NCBI GenBank assembly: GCA_003567725.1
Contig: PWYU01000057.1
Location: forward strand, 9,205-73,204
Source: Syntrophomonadaceae bacterium
GTDB lineage: Bacteria > Bacillota > Dethiobacteria > DTU022
Reading direction: 5' to 3'
Length of the DNA stretch: 64,000 nt
Part shown: piece after piece, positions 20,636 to 31,195 of the stretch
How positions within the stretch are numbered: the first letter of the stretch is position 1
Layout of the letters: every line of letters starts with the position of its first letter
Notes under the pieces: generated by a model
What the model was told of the DNA's origin: nothing
What the model saw: only the letters and a program-made list of their open reading frames with translations
The model's database searches: none
Position numbers and translations under genes: made by a program

Positions 20636-21382
20636 TTAGGGCATAATCATTCCTCCATCAATGCAAAGGGTTTGCCCTGTGATATAGCTTGATTCATCTG
20701 AAACCAGAAATACTACCGCCGGCCCAATCTCTTCAGGTTTCCCAAACCGCTTAAGAGGGATGCGCTCCAGGTATTTTTCTTTAAATTTGGGATCGGAGGC
20801 AATAACCTGTGTCATATCGGTTTCGGCCAGGGGAGAAATTGTATTCACTCTAATGTTGTAGCGGGCCAGTTCTTTGGCAGCTGATTTAGTCATGGCGTAT
20901 ACTCCGCCTTTGGCTGCCGTATAGTTTATTTGGCCGATAGTTCCCATCAACCCTGCTGAAGAAGTGACATTGATAATCGAACCTTTTTTTTGATCGATCA
21001 TCGGTTTGGCTACAGCTTGAAGGCAGTAGAAAGATCCACTCAGATTTATCCTCAATACTTCTTCCCACTGGTCCGGTGTCATCTTCCAGAGCATAGCCGG
21101 TTTGAAAATGCCGGCGTTATTAAAGAGAGCATCGATATGACCGTATGTTTCAAGTGCCCTGTTAACCATCTCAGATACCTGGCTGCTGTTACCAACATCT
21201 ACCTGCTGGATCAGGGCCTGACGGCCCATATTTTCAATTTCTTTAACTACCCGGTCTTCCTTTTTTATGCTGCGGCTGGCCAGGACCAGGTTGGCACCTT
21301 CCGAAGCTAGAGCCAGGGATACTGCTTCACCGATACCCTTGCTGGCGCCTGTTACAATAACCACTTTATCCTTTAAACGCAC
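20636..21382 (-). CDS. SDR 3-oxoacyl/3-hydroxyacyl-CoA oxidoreductase (FabG-like)
   Basis: TGASKGIG, NNAGI, YTAAKGG and ITGQTLCIDGG. Confidence 0.9.
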   Translation of the reverse strand: MRLKDKVVIVTGASKGIGEAVSLALASEGANLVLASRSIKKEDRVVKEIENMGRQALIQQVDVGNSSQVSEMVNRALETYGHIDALFNNAGIFKPAMLWKMTPDQWEEVLRINLSGSFYCLQAVAKPMIDQKKGSIINVTSSAGLMGTIGQINYTAAKGGVYAMTKSAAKELARYNIRVNTISPLAETDMTQVIASDPKFKEKYLERIPLKRFGKPEEIGPAVVFLVSDESSYITGQTLCIDGGMIMP

Positions 21383-21979
21383 TTAAACACCTCCCGGTTG
21401 ATTTTAGCTTTAAAAAGCGATTCTATGCGGCCTGCAATGGTTAAGCTGCACTATATTTTGCCGGCATATCCTATTTACCGATATGGTCTTACTGCCGTTA
21501 CTGGTAGCAAGCGGAAATTCCATCAAAGTGAACCTCCCTTGAAATTCAAAAGATCATATTTTTACTTGAAATTTCTTGATTAGATTTGCATATTGCACAG
21601 TATATACTTTTACTTAACACGGGCAGATATATTATTAATCAAATGAGATGTGATTAATGCCGCAGGCACTGCTGGGCTGCCTGCTATTCACCGTATTGCT
21701 TGCAGATCGAACAGACGGGACTTCTAGTGTTTCAGCATTTGCCTTTTGCCCGGACTTCTTTTGTGATAAGCTCTATTCTAAGCTCTCACACGGTGGCGGC
21801 ATCCTCTCTGCCAGCCTTCTTCTGGTCTCTTTTTGCAGGCAATTTCAAGCTTTCAATTGATGCGGGCCTGAATATTAATATCAGGTTTGCTGTCTTAATA
21901 AAAAGAAAGCTTAGCAGTCACGTTTGATTTTTTTATAAGCGACCGCGAGGTATTTGTTACACTATTGCCATTTTAATTA

Positions 21980-22069
21980 AGTTTAAATAAAAACAAACAT
22001 AGTGGAAATCCCTAAAAAGCATGGAAACAAGGTTAAAAAGTATGAAATCAGGGCTAACCCCTTAGGATG
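21980..22069 (-). promoter_or_regulatory. conserved catabolic promoter/operator motif, copy 2
   Basis: Minus strand reads AGGGGTTAGCCCTGATTTCA...AACCTTGTTTCCATGCTTTTTAGGGATTT-N20-TAAACT, pointing toward the SDR-thiolase operon. Confidence 0.8.
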
Positions 22070-22214
22070 AACACCCGGGACAGCCAGGGCAAAAGCAGAA
22101 TAAAAAAGGCCGTTCGTGATATTAAAAGCAGGTTTTTGATATCCGTATACTGAATATTCATATTGGTGTAAAGTTTTATCAAACCTCCTGCTCCAGGAAA
22201 AAGGCGGTGGTCAG

Positions 22215-23930
22215 TTGAAGGGCCAGAATGTTTATCAGGTGGAGTGGAAAGAGAAGCCGGAATTAATTCTCATATGCAAAGTTAGTCCTAACTTTGAATC
22301 AATTGAACAGGTAGATACTTCCCTGCAGCGCACTCTGCAGGCTTCAGTAGATTATTTTGATTTTTGCAAGGCTACCTTGATGCTGCTTCGTGAAGGCAAA
22401 ATGCCAGTTTGCTGGCATGCTTCCAAAGACAAAAAGAATCCTGGCAGCGGGACTGTAGTTCATTCTGAGCGCTGTATCCAGTTAAATGATTATCTTTCCG
22501 ATCCGGAAAACAGCAGTAAGAAGAAACTTCTTGATCCCCTTTCGCCAATTATATCGACAACCTTGCCGGTATTTTTAAAAGCCGGGGATCCGGTAGGAAA
22601 GATGGAAATCGGCATCTTCAATACAGATTATCAAACCGGGGAGTACATGCTTGCCAAAGCTGTTTCTTTGGGCAGACACATGGCTGATATTATTCAGGAA
22701 TCGCTTTTCCACAGGCAAAAAGATCGCCACTTGAGAAAGTTTTCTATCTGGTTGGAAATGATTAACACGATCAGCTCCACTCTTGACATCAGGCAGGTTC
22801 TTCATGTTGTGGCTCAGTTAACGGCGGATCTTTTTTCAGCAAGAAGCTGTATTTATTTACTTGATAATGAAGAAGAAACCTTGATTCCAACTGTAGCGGT
22901 GGGTAGTTATGACCCGGTTTTGAAAAAAAAATTTAAAGCGCTTCAAGGTAGGAAATTATTCCCAGCTATGCAAAAAGCGATTAAGGTTGAGCAGCCGGTT
23001 GTGGTGACGCCTAAAAACAGTGAAAAAATGCTAACCAGAGAAATTGTGAATGATTTTGACTACGGCTGGGTTGTTTTGGCCCCTATAATGAGCAAAGAAA
23101 AAACTATTGGCATTATGCAGGTGGATCAACCTCCTGAGGCTGAAGGCTTTGATAGTGAGGAGGTCGAAATTATATTTGCAATTGCTCGCGCTACTGCTGT
23201 GGCCATAGAGAATGCCAGGCTAATCGATATGCTTGGTCAAAAGGAACAACTCCTGCATCAGTTAGTCAATAAACTGATTACAGCCCAGGAAGATGAGCGC
23301 AAATTTATAGCCGCCGATTTGCATGATGGAATTATACAATCCCTTTTAGCGATTTGGTACCGCTTGCAGCGTCTTTCAGCGGATGAAGAGATGAAACCGC
23401 AAAAATGGCAGGGCGAAATAACAGAATTAACGGGAGTGCTCAATGATCAGATTCAGGAAATCAGGCGAATCTTATATGATTTACGGCCGATTATACTGGA
23501 CAATTATGGACTGATCCCGGCTGTTGAGGCTCATGTCAATCATATTAGTGAAAAGCAAGATTTACCCGTTGAGCTAAATATCAGTGGTGTAAAGCAAAGG
23601 CTGGCCTCCAAAACGGAGGTGGCCCTGTTTAGAATATTGCAGGAAGCGTTGACCAATGTGATCAAACACGCTGGTGCTTCACATGTTAAAGTTAGCCTTG
23701 AGCTGGGAGAAGAAAGCGTAGTTTTGGTTGTCGAAGATGATGGTTCCGGTATAAACAATAATCATAATGATCAAAAAAATCCATTGCACCGCCTGGGCCT
23801 GGCCGGGATCAATGAGCGGGCCCTGCTTCTGGGCGGCAACTGCAAAATCGACTCCAGACCCGGCAAAGGGACAAAAATAAAAGTCAGCATTCCCGTTAAA
23901 ACCACATCCAGGGAGGAGCCAGGAAAGTGA
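22215..23930 (+). CDS. cytoplasmic GAF-domain sensor histidine kinase (HisKA_3/NarX type)
   Basis: GAF region, ERKFIAADLHDGIIQ H-box, QEALTNVIKHA, EDDGSG and GLAGINER; no obvious TM helix. Confidence 0.92.
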   Translation: MKGQNVYQVEWKEKPELILICKVSPNFESIEQVDTSLQRTLQASVDYFDFCKATLMLLREGKMPVCWHASKDKKNPGSGTVVHSERCIQLNDYLSDPENSSKKKLLDPLSPIISTTLPVFLKAGDPVGKMEIGIFNTDYQTGEYMLAKAVSLGRHMADIIQESLFHRQKDRHLRKFSIWLEMINTISSTLDIRQVLHVVAQLTADLFSARSCIYLLDNEEETLIPTVAVGSYDPVLKKKFKALQGRKLFPAMQKAIKVEQPVVVTPKNSEKMLTREIVNDFDYGWVVLAPIMSKEKTIGIMQVDQPPEAEGFDSEEVEIIFAIARATAVAIENARLIDMLGQKEQLLHQLVNKLITAQEDERKFIAADLHDGIIQSLLAIWYRLQRLSADEEMKPQKWQGEITELTGVLNDQIQEIRRILYDLRPIILDNYGLIPAVEAHVNHISEKQDLPVELNISGVKQRLASKTEVALFRILQEALTNVIKHAGASHVKVSLELGEESVVLVVEDDGSGINNNHNDQKNPLHRLGLAGINERALLLGGNCKIDSRPGKGTKIKVSIPVKTTSREEPGK

Positions 23931-24658
23931 CCATTAGCATAATTATAGTTGACGACCACCCGATGGTCAGAGAAGGATTGACCAACATGCTCGATAATTG
24001 CGAAGAGATAACCGTGACCGGAAGCTGCGGAGACAGTAGAGAAGCTCTAGAAAAAGCTGAAACACTTAATCCCGAGATCATCTTGATGGATATCAAAATG
24101 GAGGGAATAAACGGGATTGAATCAGCCCGGCAGATTTTAGCTCGAAAACCTGATATTAAAATTATTTTTTTGACTGTTTTCGAAGATGCCGAATCAATTC
24201 GCCTGGCTCTGCAGGCCGGAGCTTCCGGTTACATCCTCAAGCATGTCAGCCGTCAGAACCTGATTGATACAATCAAAAGGGTGCATGCCGGTGAGACCAT
24301 TATCGATCAATCTGTGTTCAAACAAATAGTAAACGACTATACCCGCTTGAGCAAAAAGCATACCGAAGTTAAATCCTTTAATAAAGAAGAGGAGCCGGTT
24401 GAATTAACCCCCAGGGAGCAGGAAATATTAAGGCACCTGGTTCGGGGCCTAACCAATAAAGAAATATCGTCAGCTACAAACCTGGCCGTTGATACAGTAA
24501 AAACACATCTGCGCAACATTTATCGAAAACTTCAGGTTAAAAACAGGACCCAGGCTATTTCAATGGCTGTAAAATTGAGCAGAAATAGTGCAGATAGCCT
24601 GTTCATTATTGAAAGGCCTACATTCGAAGATTTTAGTGATGATAATACAGATACTTGA
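23927..24658 (+). CDS. NarL/LuxR family response regulator
   Basis: VDDHPMVREGL, MDIKM, LTPREQEIL and TVKTHLRNIYRKL. Confidence 0.95.
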   Translation: MTISIIIVDDHPMVREGLTNMLDNCEEITVTGSCGDSREALEKAETLNPEIILMDIKMEGINGIESARQILARKPDIKIIFLTVFEDAESIRLALQAGASGYILKHVSRQNLIDTIKRVHAGETIIDQSVFKQIVNDYTRLSKKHTEVKSFNKEEEPVELTPREQEILRHLVRGLTNKEISSATNLAVDTVKTHLRNIYRKLQVKNRTQAISMAVKLSRNSADSLFIIERPTFEDFSDDNTDT

Positions 24659-24811
24659 TGCTATTTTACCAGCATAACAAAATGCTTATCTAAACTCTAA
24701 TATTCAAATGATCTGAGATTTATTTTTACTGATAGATTGATGATGAGATTTTTCCCATGCGTTATAAGCTGCAATTTATTGCATTTCCCTGGCTCTGGTG
24801 TCCTGAGAAGA

Positions 24812-24854
24812 ACAAGAGACATACCGCAAAATTCTATTCCGGTATGTCTCTTGT
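24812..24854. terminator. probable bidirectional terminator
   Basis: ACAAGAGACATACCG...CGGTATGTCTCTTGT, a 15-bp stem between convergent genes. Confidence 0.75.
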
Positions 24855-24908
24855 ATATTGCTTCATCCTTCTATTATCAAAGCTTTTAAGCTAAGATTTT
24901 CAAAGTTC

Positions 24909-26213
24909 CTAATCGGCAAAACTCGGCAGGTAAAGGGCAATTTGGGGAAAGGCCGTAATAAGGATGGCACAGATAATAATTGCCACTAAGTACCATCCGA
25001 CTCCGCGGAATATTTCCATCACCGGAGTTTCCCTGTCCACACCTGCCACAACATATACATTAGCTCCTACCGGAGGCGTTATAACCCCCATACCCAGGGC
25101 CAATACAATAATTACCCCAAACCAGATCGGGTCGAAACCCAGTTCAACGGCCACCGGGTAGAAAATTGGCACTGTTAGTAAAATCAAAGCCAGCGCGTCT
25201 ATAAAAAAACCAAGGATCAGGTATATTAAAAGGATTACAGCGATGATCGCTACAGGAGGAAGGGGCAGTTCTACGGCCCAGGTGGCAAGGCCTCTGGGAA
25301 GCCCGGTGACACCCAGAAAGCGGCCGTATATAGCCGCTGCGGCAACGAGAAACATGATCATAGCCGAGATGCGGACAGAATCTGTCAGAGATTTCTTAAA
25401 GCCGTCCCAGCTCAGCTGGCGCCTGATCAGGGCCACTACCAGGGTAGAAAATACCCCTACCGCTCCTGCTTCGGTAGGAGTAAAGATGCCGCCAAAAAGG
25501 CCTCCCATCACCGCGATAAAGATAATAATTACTTCGACCCCGCCACTTATTACAGCTCTGATCTTTTCGGACCAGGCCACGCTTTCCCCTGCCGGTGCCA
25601 GTTCAGGTTTACGGACAGTTTGTAAGTAGGCAGCCAGCATAAAAAGGACCATTAAGAGTATTCCAGGGAAAATACCAGCCATAAAAAGGCGGCGGATAGA
25701 CTCACCGGCGGAAACTCCATAGAGGATAAAAATGACACTGGGCGGAATCATTACGCCCAGAATGGCGGCAGCGGCGATTGTGGCTGTGGAAATAGAACGA
25801 TTGTAGTTATATTTTTTCATTTCCGGAAGGGCTACGGCGCTCATAGTGGCAGCAGTAGCGGTTGTCGAGCCGCAAATTGCTCCAAATGCTGTACAGGCCG
25901 CAATGGTTGCCAAAAGCAAACCTGCTTTTAAACTGCCCATAACTTTATAAGTGGCATCGTAGATCCGCGAGCTTAAACCGGAGTAAAAGGCAATATAGCC
26001 CATCCAAACAAACATAGGAACCACTAGAAGAGAGTAGGAAGCGAAGGTATTATAAATAGCCTGGCTTGAAACTGAAAACATGGCTTCTGGAGTTCTGACA
26101 ATGGCAAATCCTGTCATTCCAACCACCAGCATAACATAGGCTACTGGCATTCGGGCGAAAAGGAAAATGAACACGAATAAGATTGATATGATCCCGATCT
26201 GGATTGGGCTCAT
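24909..26213 (-). CDS. TRAP transporter large permease (DctM family)
   Basis: Hydrophobic; GAICGSTTAT, IPPSVIFILYG, FTPTEAG, DPIWFGV and TPPVG. Confidence 0.95.
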   Translation of the reverse strand: MSPIQIGIISILFVFIFLFARMPVAYVMLVVGMTGFAIVRTPEAMFSVSSQAIYNTFASYSLLVVPMFVWMGYIAFYSGLSSRIYDATYKVMGSLKAGLLLATIAACTAFGAICGSTTATAATMSAVALPEMKKYNYNRSISTATIAAAAILGVMIPPSVIFILYGVSAGESIRRLFMAGIFPGILLMVLFMLAAYLQTVRKPELAPAGESVAWSEKIRAVISGGVEVIIIFIAVMGGLFGGIFTPTEAGAVGVFSTLVVALIRRQLSWDGFKKSLTDSVRISAMIMFLVAAAAIYGRFLGVTGLPRGLATWAVELPLPPVAIIAVILLIYLILGFFIDALALILLTVPIFYPVAVELGFDPIWFGVIIVLALGMGVITPPVGANVYVVAGVDRETPVMEIFRGVGWYLVAIIICAILITAFPQIALYLPSFAD

Positions 26214-26773
26214 GGGGCTTCACTTCCTTTTACGACGGTAATTGCAGCTTTGATCATGTCCAGCAGCAGAACAAGGACTAACATGATAAAACCAAAAGCA
26301 ACCAGGTAAATAGAAGGTGCAATAGGAATTCTCAAATGTCCGGTTTCATAACCGGCTATCATCCGTTCGTGGGCAAAAAAAACTAATTCTCTGGCCAGTA
26401 TATAGGAGAAGAAAAGAGCGATAATACAGACAAATAGTTCAATCAATCCCTGGACACGTGGTGAAAAACGTTCCACCAGGATTCCGACCATTATGTGGCC
26501 TTTCATAATGGCTGTATAGGCCACTCCCAACCCGAGCAGGACAGCTCCTGACATCTCTACCATTTCCACAGCTCCACCTATAGGCCGCCATGGTATGCGA
26601 ATAATCACGTTGGTCACAGTAATGGCCATGACTACGACCATGGCCAGTTGGGCTACCTGGGCTGTTCGCCAGGTTAGATTTTGCACAAATCTGTCAAATA
26701 AGTTTAGCAAGTATAACCGCCCCCTGTTGTAAGCATTTTTAAATGTACTGATTTGATTAGAGAGGGCTTCCAC
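26210..26773 (-). CDS. TRAP transporter small permease (DctQ family)
   Basis: Four TM segments; GAVEMVE and GHI motifs; lies between dctP and dctM. Confidence 0.9.
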   Translation of the reverse strand: MEALSNQISTFKNAYNRGRLYLLNLFDRFVQNLTWRTAQVAQLAMVVVMAITVTNVIIRIPWRPIGGAVEMVEMSGAVLLGLGVAYTAIMKGHIMVGILVERFSPRVQGLIELFVCIIALFFSYILARELVFFAHERMIAGYETGHLRIPIAPSIYLVAFGFIMLVLVLLLDMIKAAITVVKGSEAP

Positions 26774-26867
26774 TTTTACAAGGGTTAAAGCCTCGAGGAC
26801 GGTGTAAGCCCTCTCCTTAGGACTGGCAGATCATTGAAACAAGTTAGCAGCTCATAGCCGTTAAAGC

Positions 26868-28007
26868 CTAATTGCCATAGCCTCCATATTCATCTGAATG
26901 CTTGGCATCGAGTTCCCGGGCAAGATCCATGATTTCATCTCCCGGTAATCCGGCAGCATTTGCATTTTCAACCCACTCTTCCATGATCGGATCGATTAAA
27001 TCAACCCAGCGATCCCATTCATCTTCGTCGAGTTCGATTACTTCCATACCGTGTTCTTCGACACCAAACCGCTGGCCTTCCACGGTGTGATCTGTTCTCA
27101 ACTGACCATACTCAATAACATATTTTTCATTTACTTCGTCGAAAATTTGCTGAACTGATTCAGGAAAGGCGTTCCAGGTATCCCAGTTCATCACTTTCAT
27201 AAAAATGATGTTATAAGTAGGCGGGCACTTGGTAATATAATCAGTTACCTCCGCCAGGCGGAAGCCCTTAAGTGTATCGGTCGGGGCAAGCAGCCCGTCG
27301 ACAACCCCGGTTTCAATATTCTCGTACGAGGCTCCCATTCCGAATGAAACCGGGTTAGCCCCAAGGGCGGTAACCCAGGGAATGGTTCCCCCGACGGCCC
27401 TGATGTCAAGGCCAGCCAGGTCATCCATTGTTTCAACCCTGGTATTGGTCATGAAATCGCCGGGACCGGTAGCCCAGAAGTGCATAATTTTAACATCAGC
27501 ATATTCTTCCTGAAGCGGTCCATATTGTTTCCAGGCTTCATGCATGGTCACAGCAGCTACCAGGGCGTTGTCGTTCTTGAAGCCGGGCTGTTCAAAAGCA
27601 TCTGTTATAGGGAATACGCCCGGCGTATAGGCAGGGCAGGGGGTCCCAATGTCAGCAACCCCATCGGCAACCCCGCCGTAAATCTCGGGCATTTCAAGCA
27701 AAGCCTGGGCGTAATGCCAGTTAAAATCAATACTGTGCGGAGTTTCTGCTTCCACACGGTCCGAGATTTCCTGGGCCCAGCCTTTATGGCCGTCCGCTAC
27801 CTGAAAATCGCCTTCGGGCCAGAAAGTGGCGAATTCCAGAATGAAACTCTGACCTTCTTCTTCTGGTTCATCAGGTTCATCAACCGGGTCGTCATCCGGT
27901 TCATCAATCGGATCCTCTTCCGGCTCTTCATCTGCTTCACAACCGCTGATTGCGGGTACTATCACCAGTATTAGAATAAGCATTAACAAGAGAAGCTTGG
28001 TCTTCAT
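26868..28007 (-). CDS. TRAP substrate-binding lipoprotein (DctP family) with an acidic linker
   Basis: Lipobox ISGC followed by an E/D/P linker; GVADIG, DLAGLDIRA and YENIETGVVDG. Confidence 0.92.
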   Translation of the reverse strand: MKTKLLLLMLILILVIVPAISGCEADEEPEEDPIDEPDDDPVDEPDEPEEEGQSFILEFATFWPEGDFQVADGHKGWAQEISDRVEAETPHSIDFNWHYAQALLEMPEIYGGVADGVADIGTPCPAYTPGVFPITDAFEQPGFKNDNALVAAVTMHEAWKQYGPLQEEYADVKIMHFWATGPGDFMTNTRVETMDDLAGLDIRAVGGTIPWVTALGANPVSFGMGASYENIETGVVDGLLAPTDTLKGFRLAEVTDYITKCPPTYNIIFMKVMNWDTWNAFPESVQQIFDEVNEKYVIEYGQLRTDHTVEGQRFGVEEHGMEVIELDEDEWDRWVDLIDPIMEEWVENANAAGLPGDEIMDLARELDAKHSDEYGGYGN

Positions 28008-28545
28008 TACTTGACCCTCCTTCTGAAATTAAAAATCTCTACACAATACACTTTAAAGCCCTCGACGCTTTTCATTGATATTTTACTATAGAACCACCTT
28101 CTTTATTATTTTTATCTAAAAAGCCTTGCCAGAAGCGATTCAGTTAAAAATATGAAGTAACTGTAAAGAAAATTAAGCTCATTAGTTAAAGATCAAAAAG
28201 TTAAAGCCAACAGAGGTTCTCAGTCCGGGTAGGTAAGACAGGCTTAAATGCACAAATATTTCTGATAATAATATGCTTTAGGCTAACACAAATTTTTTTA
28301 ATAGTCAATACTGATTTTTTATTAAAATAACTATATACTGCTAAGTATCATATTGTTAAATAATGCTCAACTTTTTAGCTTAAATGTTCTCCAGTAAAGA
28401 AAAGCCGTGTAACCTTTACAAAAAGGCTTAAATTTTATTTCTTAATATGGCAGGAATGAGAAAAAAAATGGCGAAAAAAATATGTGAATAAACAAAATCT
28501 TGACAATAGGATAAATTAGTTTAATTAACTAAAGGGAGGCAAAAA

Positions 28546-29742
28546 ATGTATTCAAAAGCATATATTCCGTACCGGGGTTACTACAGCACCCCGTTTTCCC
28601 GCTGGCAGGGAAGCCTGGCCAATGAAAATGCAATTGAACTGGGCGCAACTACAGCAAAAAGATGGTTTGGAGAAAAAAAGATCACGCCTGAAATTTTTGA
28701 TTACCTGGTTTTTGGTAAAACAATCGGCCAACCTTACACCTTCTATTCATCACCCCTGGCGGCAGGAATGATGGGGGCGGAAAGAATTTCTGCAGTTCAT
28801 ATTTCTCAGGCCTGTTCAACCTCTACAACATGTATAAACATGGCTGCGATGGGAATCGAAACAGGGCTTCACGAAACCGTATTTTGTTTGATGGTCGATC
28901 GCACATCAAATGGGCCGCATACGGTCTGGCCCAATCTTTTTGGGCCCGGAGGGCAGGTCATTTCGGAAGATTGGGTGATGGATCATTTTGGCAAAGATCC
29001 CTGGGGTGGGACCTCCATGATTGAGACCGCCGAGAACGTAGTTCGCATGGCCGGTAATATCACCAGGGAGCAGTGTGATAATGTAACCCTGAAAAGATAT
29101 GAACAGTACCAAGATGCAATAAAAAATGATCGGGAATTTCAAAAGCGCTATCTGTTTCCGGCAGAGTATACAATTAGCAGAAAAGAGAAGGGGTTGCTTG
29201 AGACTGATGAAGGGATAACCCGTACTTCGCAAGAAGGGCTGCAGAAGCTTAAACCGCTGCTTCCAGACGGGGTCCATACATTTGGATCACAAACCCATCC
29301 GGCAGACGGTAATTGTGGATTAATAGTAACAAATAAGGAACAAGCTTCAGAATTAAGTGAAGATCCAAATCTAGAAATAAAGATTGTTGCTTATGGTTTT
29401 AGCCGGGCTCCAAAGGCACACATGGCGATTTCACCAGTTCCTTCTGCCAGGATGGCCCTGGAAAAGGCTGGCCTGAACATCAGTGATATCAAGGTAATTA
29501 AAACCCACAACCCTTTTGCTGCCAATGATATTTACATGGCCAATGAATTTGGAATTGATGTAATGGGTTTTAACAATTACGGAAGCCCGATTATATTTGG
29601 CCATCCTCAGGGCCCAACAGCGGGCCGTTGTATTATTGAGATGATTGAAGAACTGGTTATCTCAGGTGGGGGTTATGGTTTATTTACAGGCTGTGCTGCC
29701 GGCGATACCGGGGCAGCTATGGTTGTAAAAGTAAACGGTTAG
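28546..29742 (+). CDS. thiolase, probable 3-oxopimeloyl-CoA thiolase (BamN-like)
   Basis: YSTPFSRWQGSL N-terminus, SQACSTS, KTHNPFA, GHPQGPT and GCAAGDTG; a type found in benzoyl-CoA clusters (substrate inferred). Confidence 0.82.
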   Translation: MYSKAYIPYRGYYSTPFSRWQGSLANENAIELGATTAKRWFGEKKITPEIFDYLVFGKTIGQPYTFYSSPLAAGMMGAERISAVHISQACSTSTTCINMAAMGIETGLHETVFCLMVDRTSNGPHTVWPNLFGPGGQVISEDWVMDHFGKDPWGGTSMIETAENVVRMAGNITREQCDNVTLKRYEQYQDAIKNDREFQKRYLFPAEYTISRKEKGLLETDEGITRTSQEGLQKLKPLLPDGVHTFGSQTHPADGNCGLIVTNKEQASELSEDPNLEIKIVAYGFSRAPKAHMAISPVPSARMALEKAGLNISDIKVIKTHNPFAANDIYMANEFGIDVMGFNNYGSPIIFGHPQGPTAGRCIIEMIEELVISGGGYGLFTGCAAGDTGAAMVVKVNG

Positions 29743-29799
29743 AGAGTACTACCTTAAACTGATTAAGTGATTAAACAGATTGTAGTGCTAAATCTAAAG

Positions 29800-29835
29800 A
29801 CACGGGTGGCATGCTATTTTGTTGTACACCCGTGT
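29800..29835 (+). terminator. stem-loop after the thiolase gene
   Basis: ACACGGGTG...CACCCGTGT followed by a T-rich tract. Confidence 0.55.
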
Positions 29836-30140
29836 TTAGTTTTATCCGAATTTACAGGGTGTGAATGTAATCCTGTTAATCTGTCCGGGGCTATACAATG
29901 GTCTACGTTTTTATCAACAATAGCTATGGTTTCAGATTATTATTGCAGCGAAAAGCAAAAAGCCCGGCAGTTTCTTTAGGGAAAGGTCCGCTTGTCACCG
30001 TAGCGAAGCAATAATCGGTCAGGGAAGACATTTTGATCATCCTCCTGGTATGGTAAATTATTGCATATAGCTCTAAACTGCTGCAGTGCTATTTACTAAA
30101 ACAGTTATTCGAGCGACACAGCGCTGATCAGGAATTATTA

Positions 30141-30569
30141 TTATTTAATAATCATAAGATTATTGTTGAGGCAGTTGGCTACAGCATTGCTAACGCTGCC
30201 CAAAAGGACACCGCTGATTTTGCCCAGCCCTCTGCCTCCCAAAATTACAAGATCAAAATTTTCTTTTTGGGCAATTTCACAAATGATATCAGACGGGTTT
30301 CCTTTTTCCAGCCTGGTTTTTACTTTGACACCCTGTTCTTCGAAAGACTCCGCTGCTTTTTTTAAGACATTTTCCCCGGCATGGAGCAGTTCTTCTTCCT
30401 TTGTCCGGTAAGAGGCGAAGAAATCATATCCTTGTTGAGGATTGACTTCTATAACGTAAAGAACTGTAACTTCAGTATCAAACTTTTTGGCCAGCTTGAT
30501 AGCCTGGTCGATTGTTTTAGCTGAATGCCTGGATCCATCCGTTGCCAGTAGTATTTTATCCATACCCAT
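30141..30569 (-). CDS. universal stress protein (UspA family)
   Basis: KILLATDGS, GNPSDII, DLVILGGRG and LLGSVS. Confidence 0.93.
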   Translation of the reverse strand: MGMDKILLATDGSRHSAKTIDQAIKLAKKFDTEVTVLYVIEVNPQQGYDFFASYRTKEEELLHAGENVLKKAAESFEEQGVKVKTRLEKGNPSDIICEIAQKENFDLVILGGRGLGKISGVLLGSVSNAVANCLNNNLMIIK

Positions 30570-30673
30570 TCAACACCCTTTCATTTTAAATTTGCTATCC
30601 ATATGCCTGTTTTTTTGAAATACATAAAAAGCTGATAGCCTATTCCTATAAGCTAAGCAGAATAAGATTATTT

Positions 30674-30749
30674 GTAACCATTCAGCCTATTGTCCTTGTT
30701 GAATGATAACCATACCTTTTGGCTTAGCGGGCTAGGCCTGAGCAGTTAC
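30674..30749. mobile_element. 76-bp MITE with GTAAC-type TIRs (IS66-like)
   Basis: GTAACCATTCAG...CTGAGCAGTTAC; flanks GATTATTT/AATTATTT; both ends match the reverse complement of 37896-38040. Confidence 0.7.
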
Positions 30750-31195
30750 AATTATTTTTAATGGGGCAGGGTTTAGGAAAAGACGGTTGAATGATAAATT
30801 ACATTAATCACCCGCTTACCGCTTATATCTACCTTGACTGGTCCAAAAGTAGGATTATGCTCTAATTGCTTGATTTAATTTAGTTTTAAGGACTAGAGCA
30901 TGCTTGCAACATTAGTATACAGTAAATTTAGAATATAAACAAGGATATCAAACATAAATATAATGCCTGAAAGTATTATGAACCGGTTTGATGTCAAAAC
31001 TGGCTTGTCCAGGTTGAGCTTGACAATAATTTACATTGTTTTGATTTGTAAAAAAGTAACCCTACAGCCTGTGCTGTCATGATACAGTAAAGCTCAGTAA
31101 AGAAAGCTGAAGCGGGCACAGTTTTTTCAGCTGGCAACCGCAGCTAAATATGGTTGAGTTGATATAAAAAAATAAGTTCAACGGTCCATTTATGG

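Noticed and set aside
21840-21900. c-di-GMP-I riboswitch-like GCAAACC...GG..CGC on the minus strand
   Set aside because: Lacks the GNRA loop and the second stem
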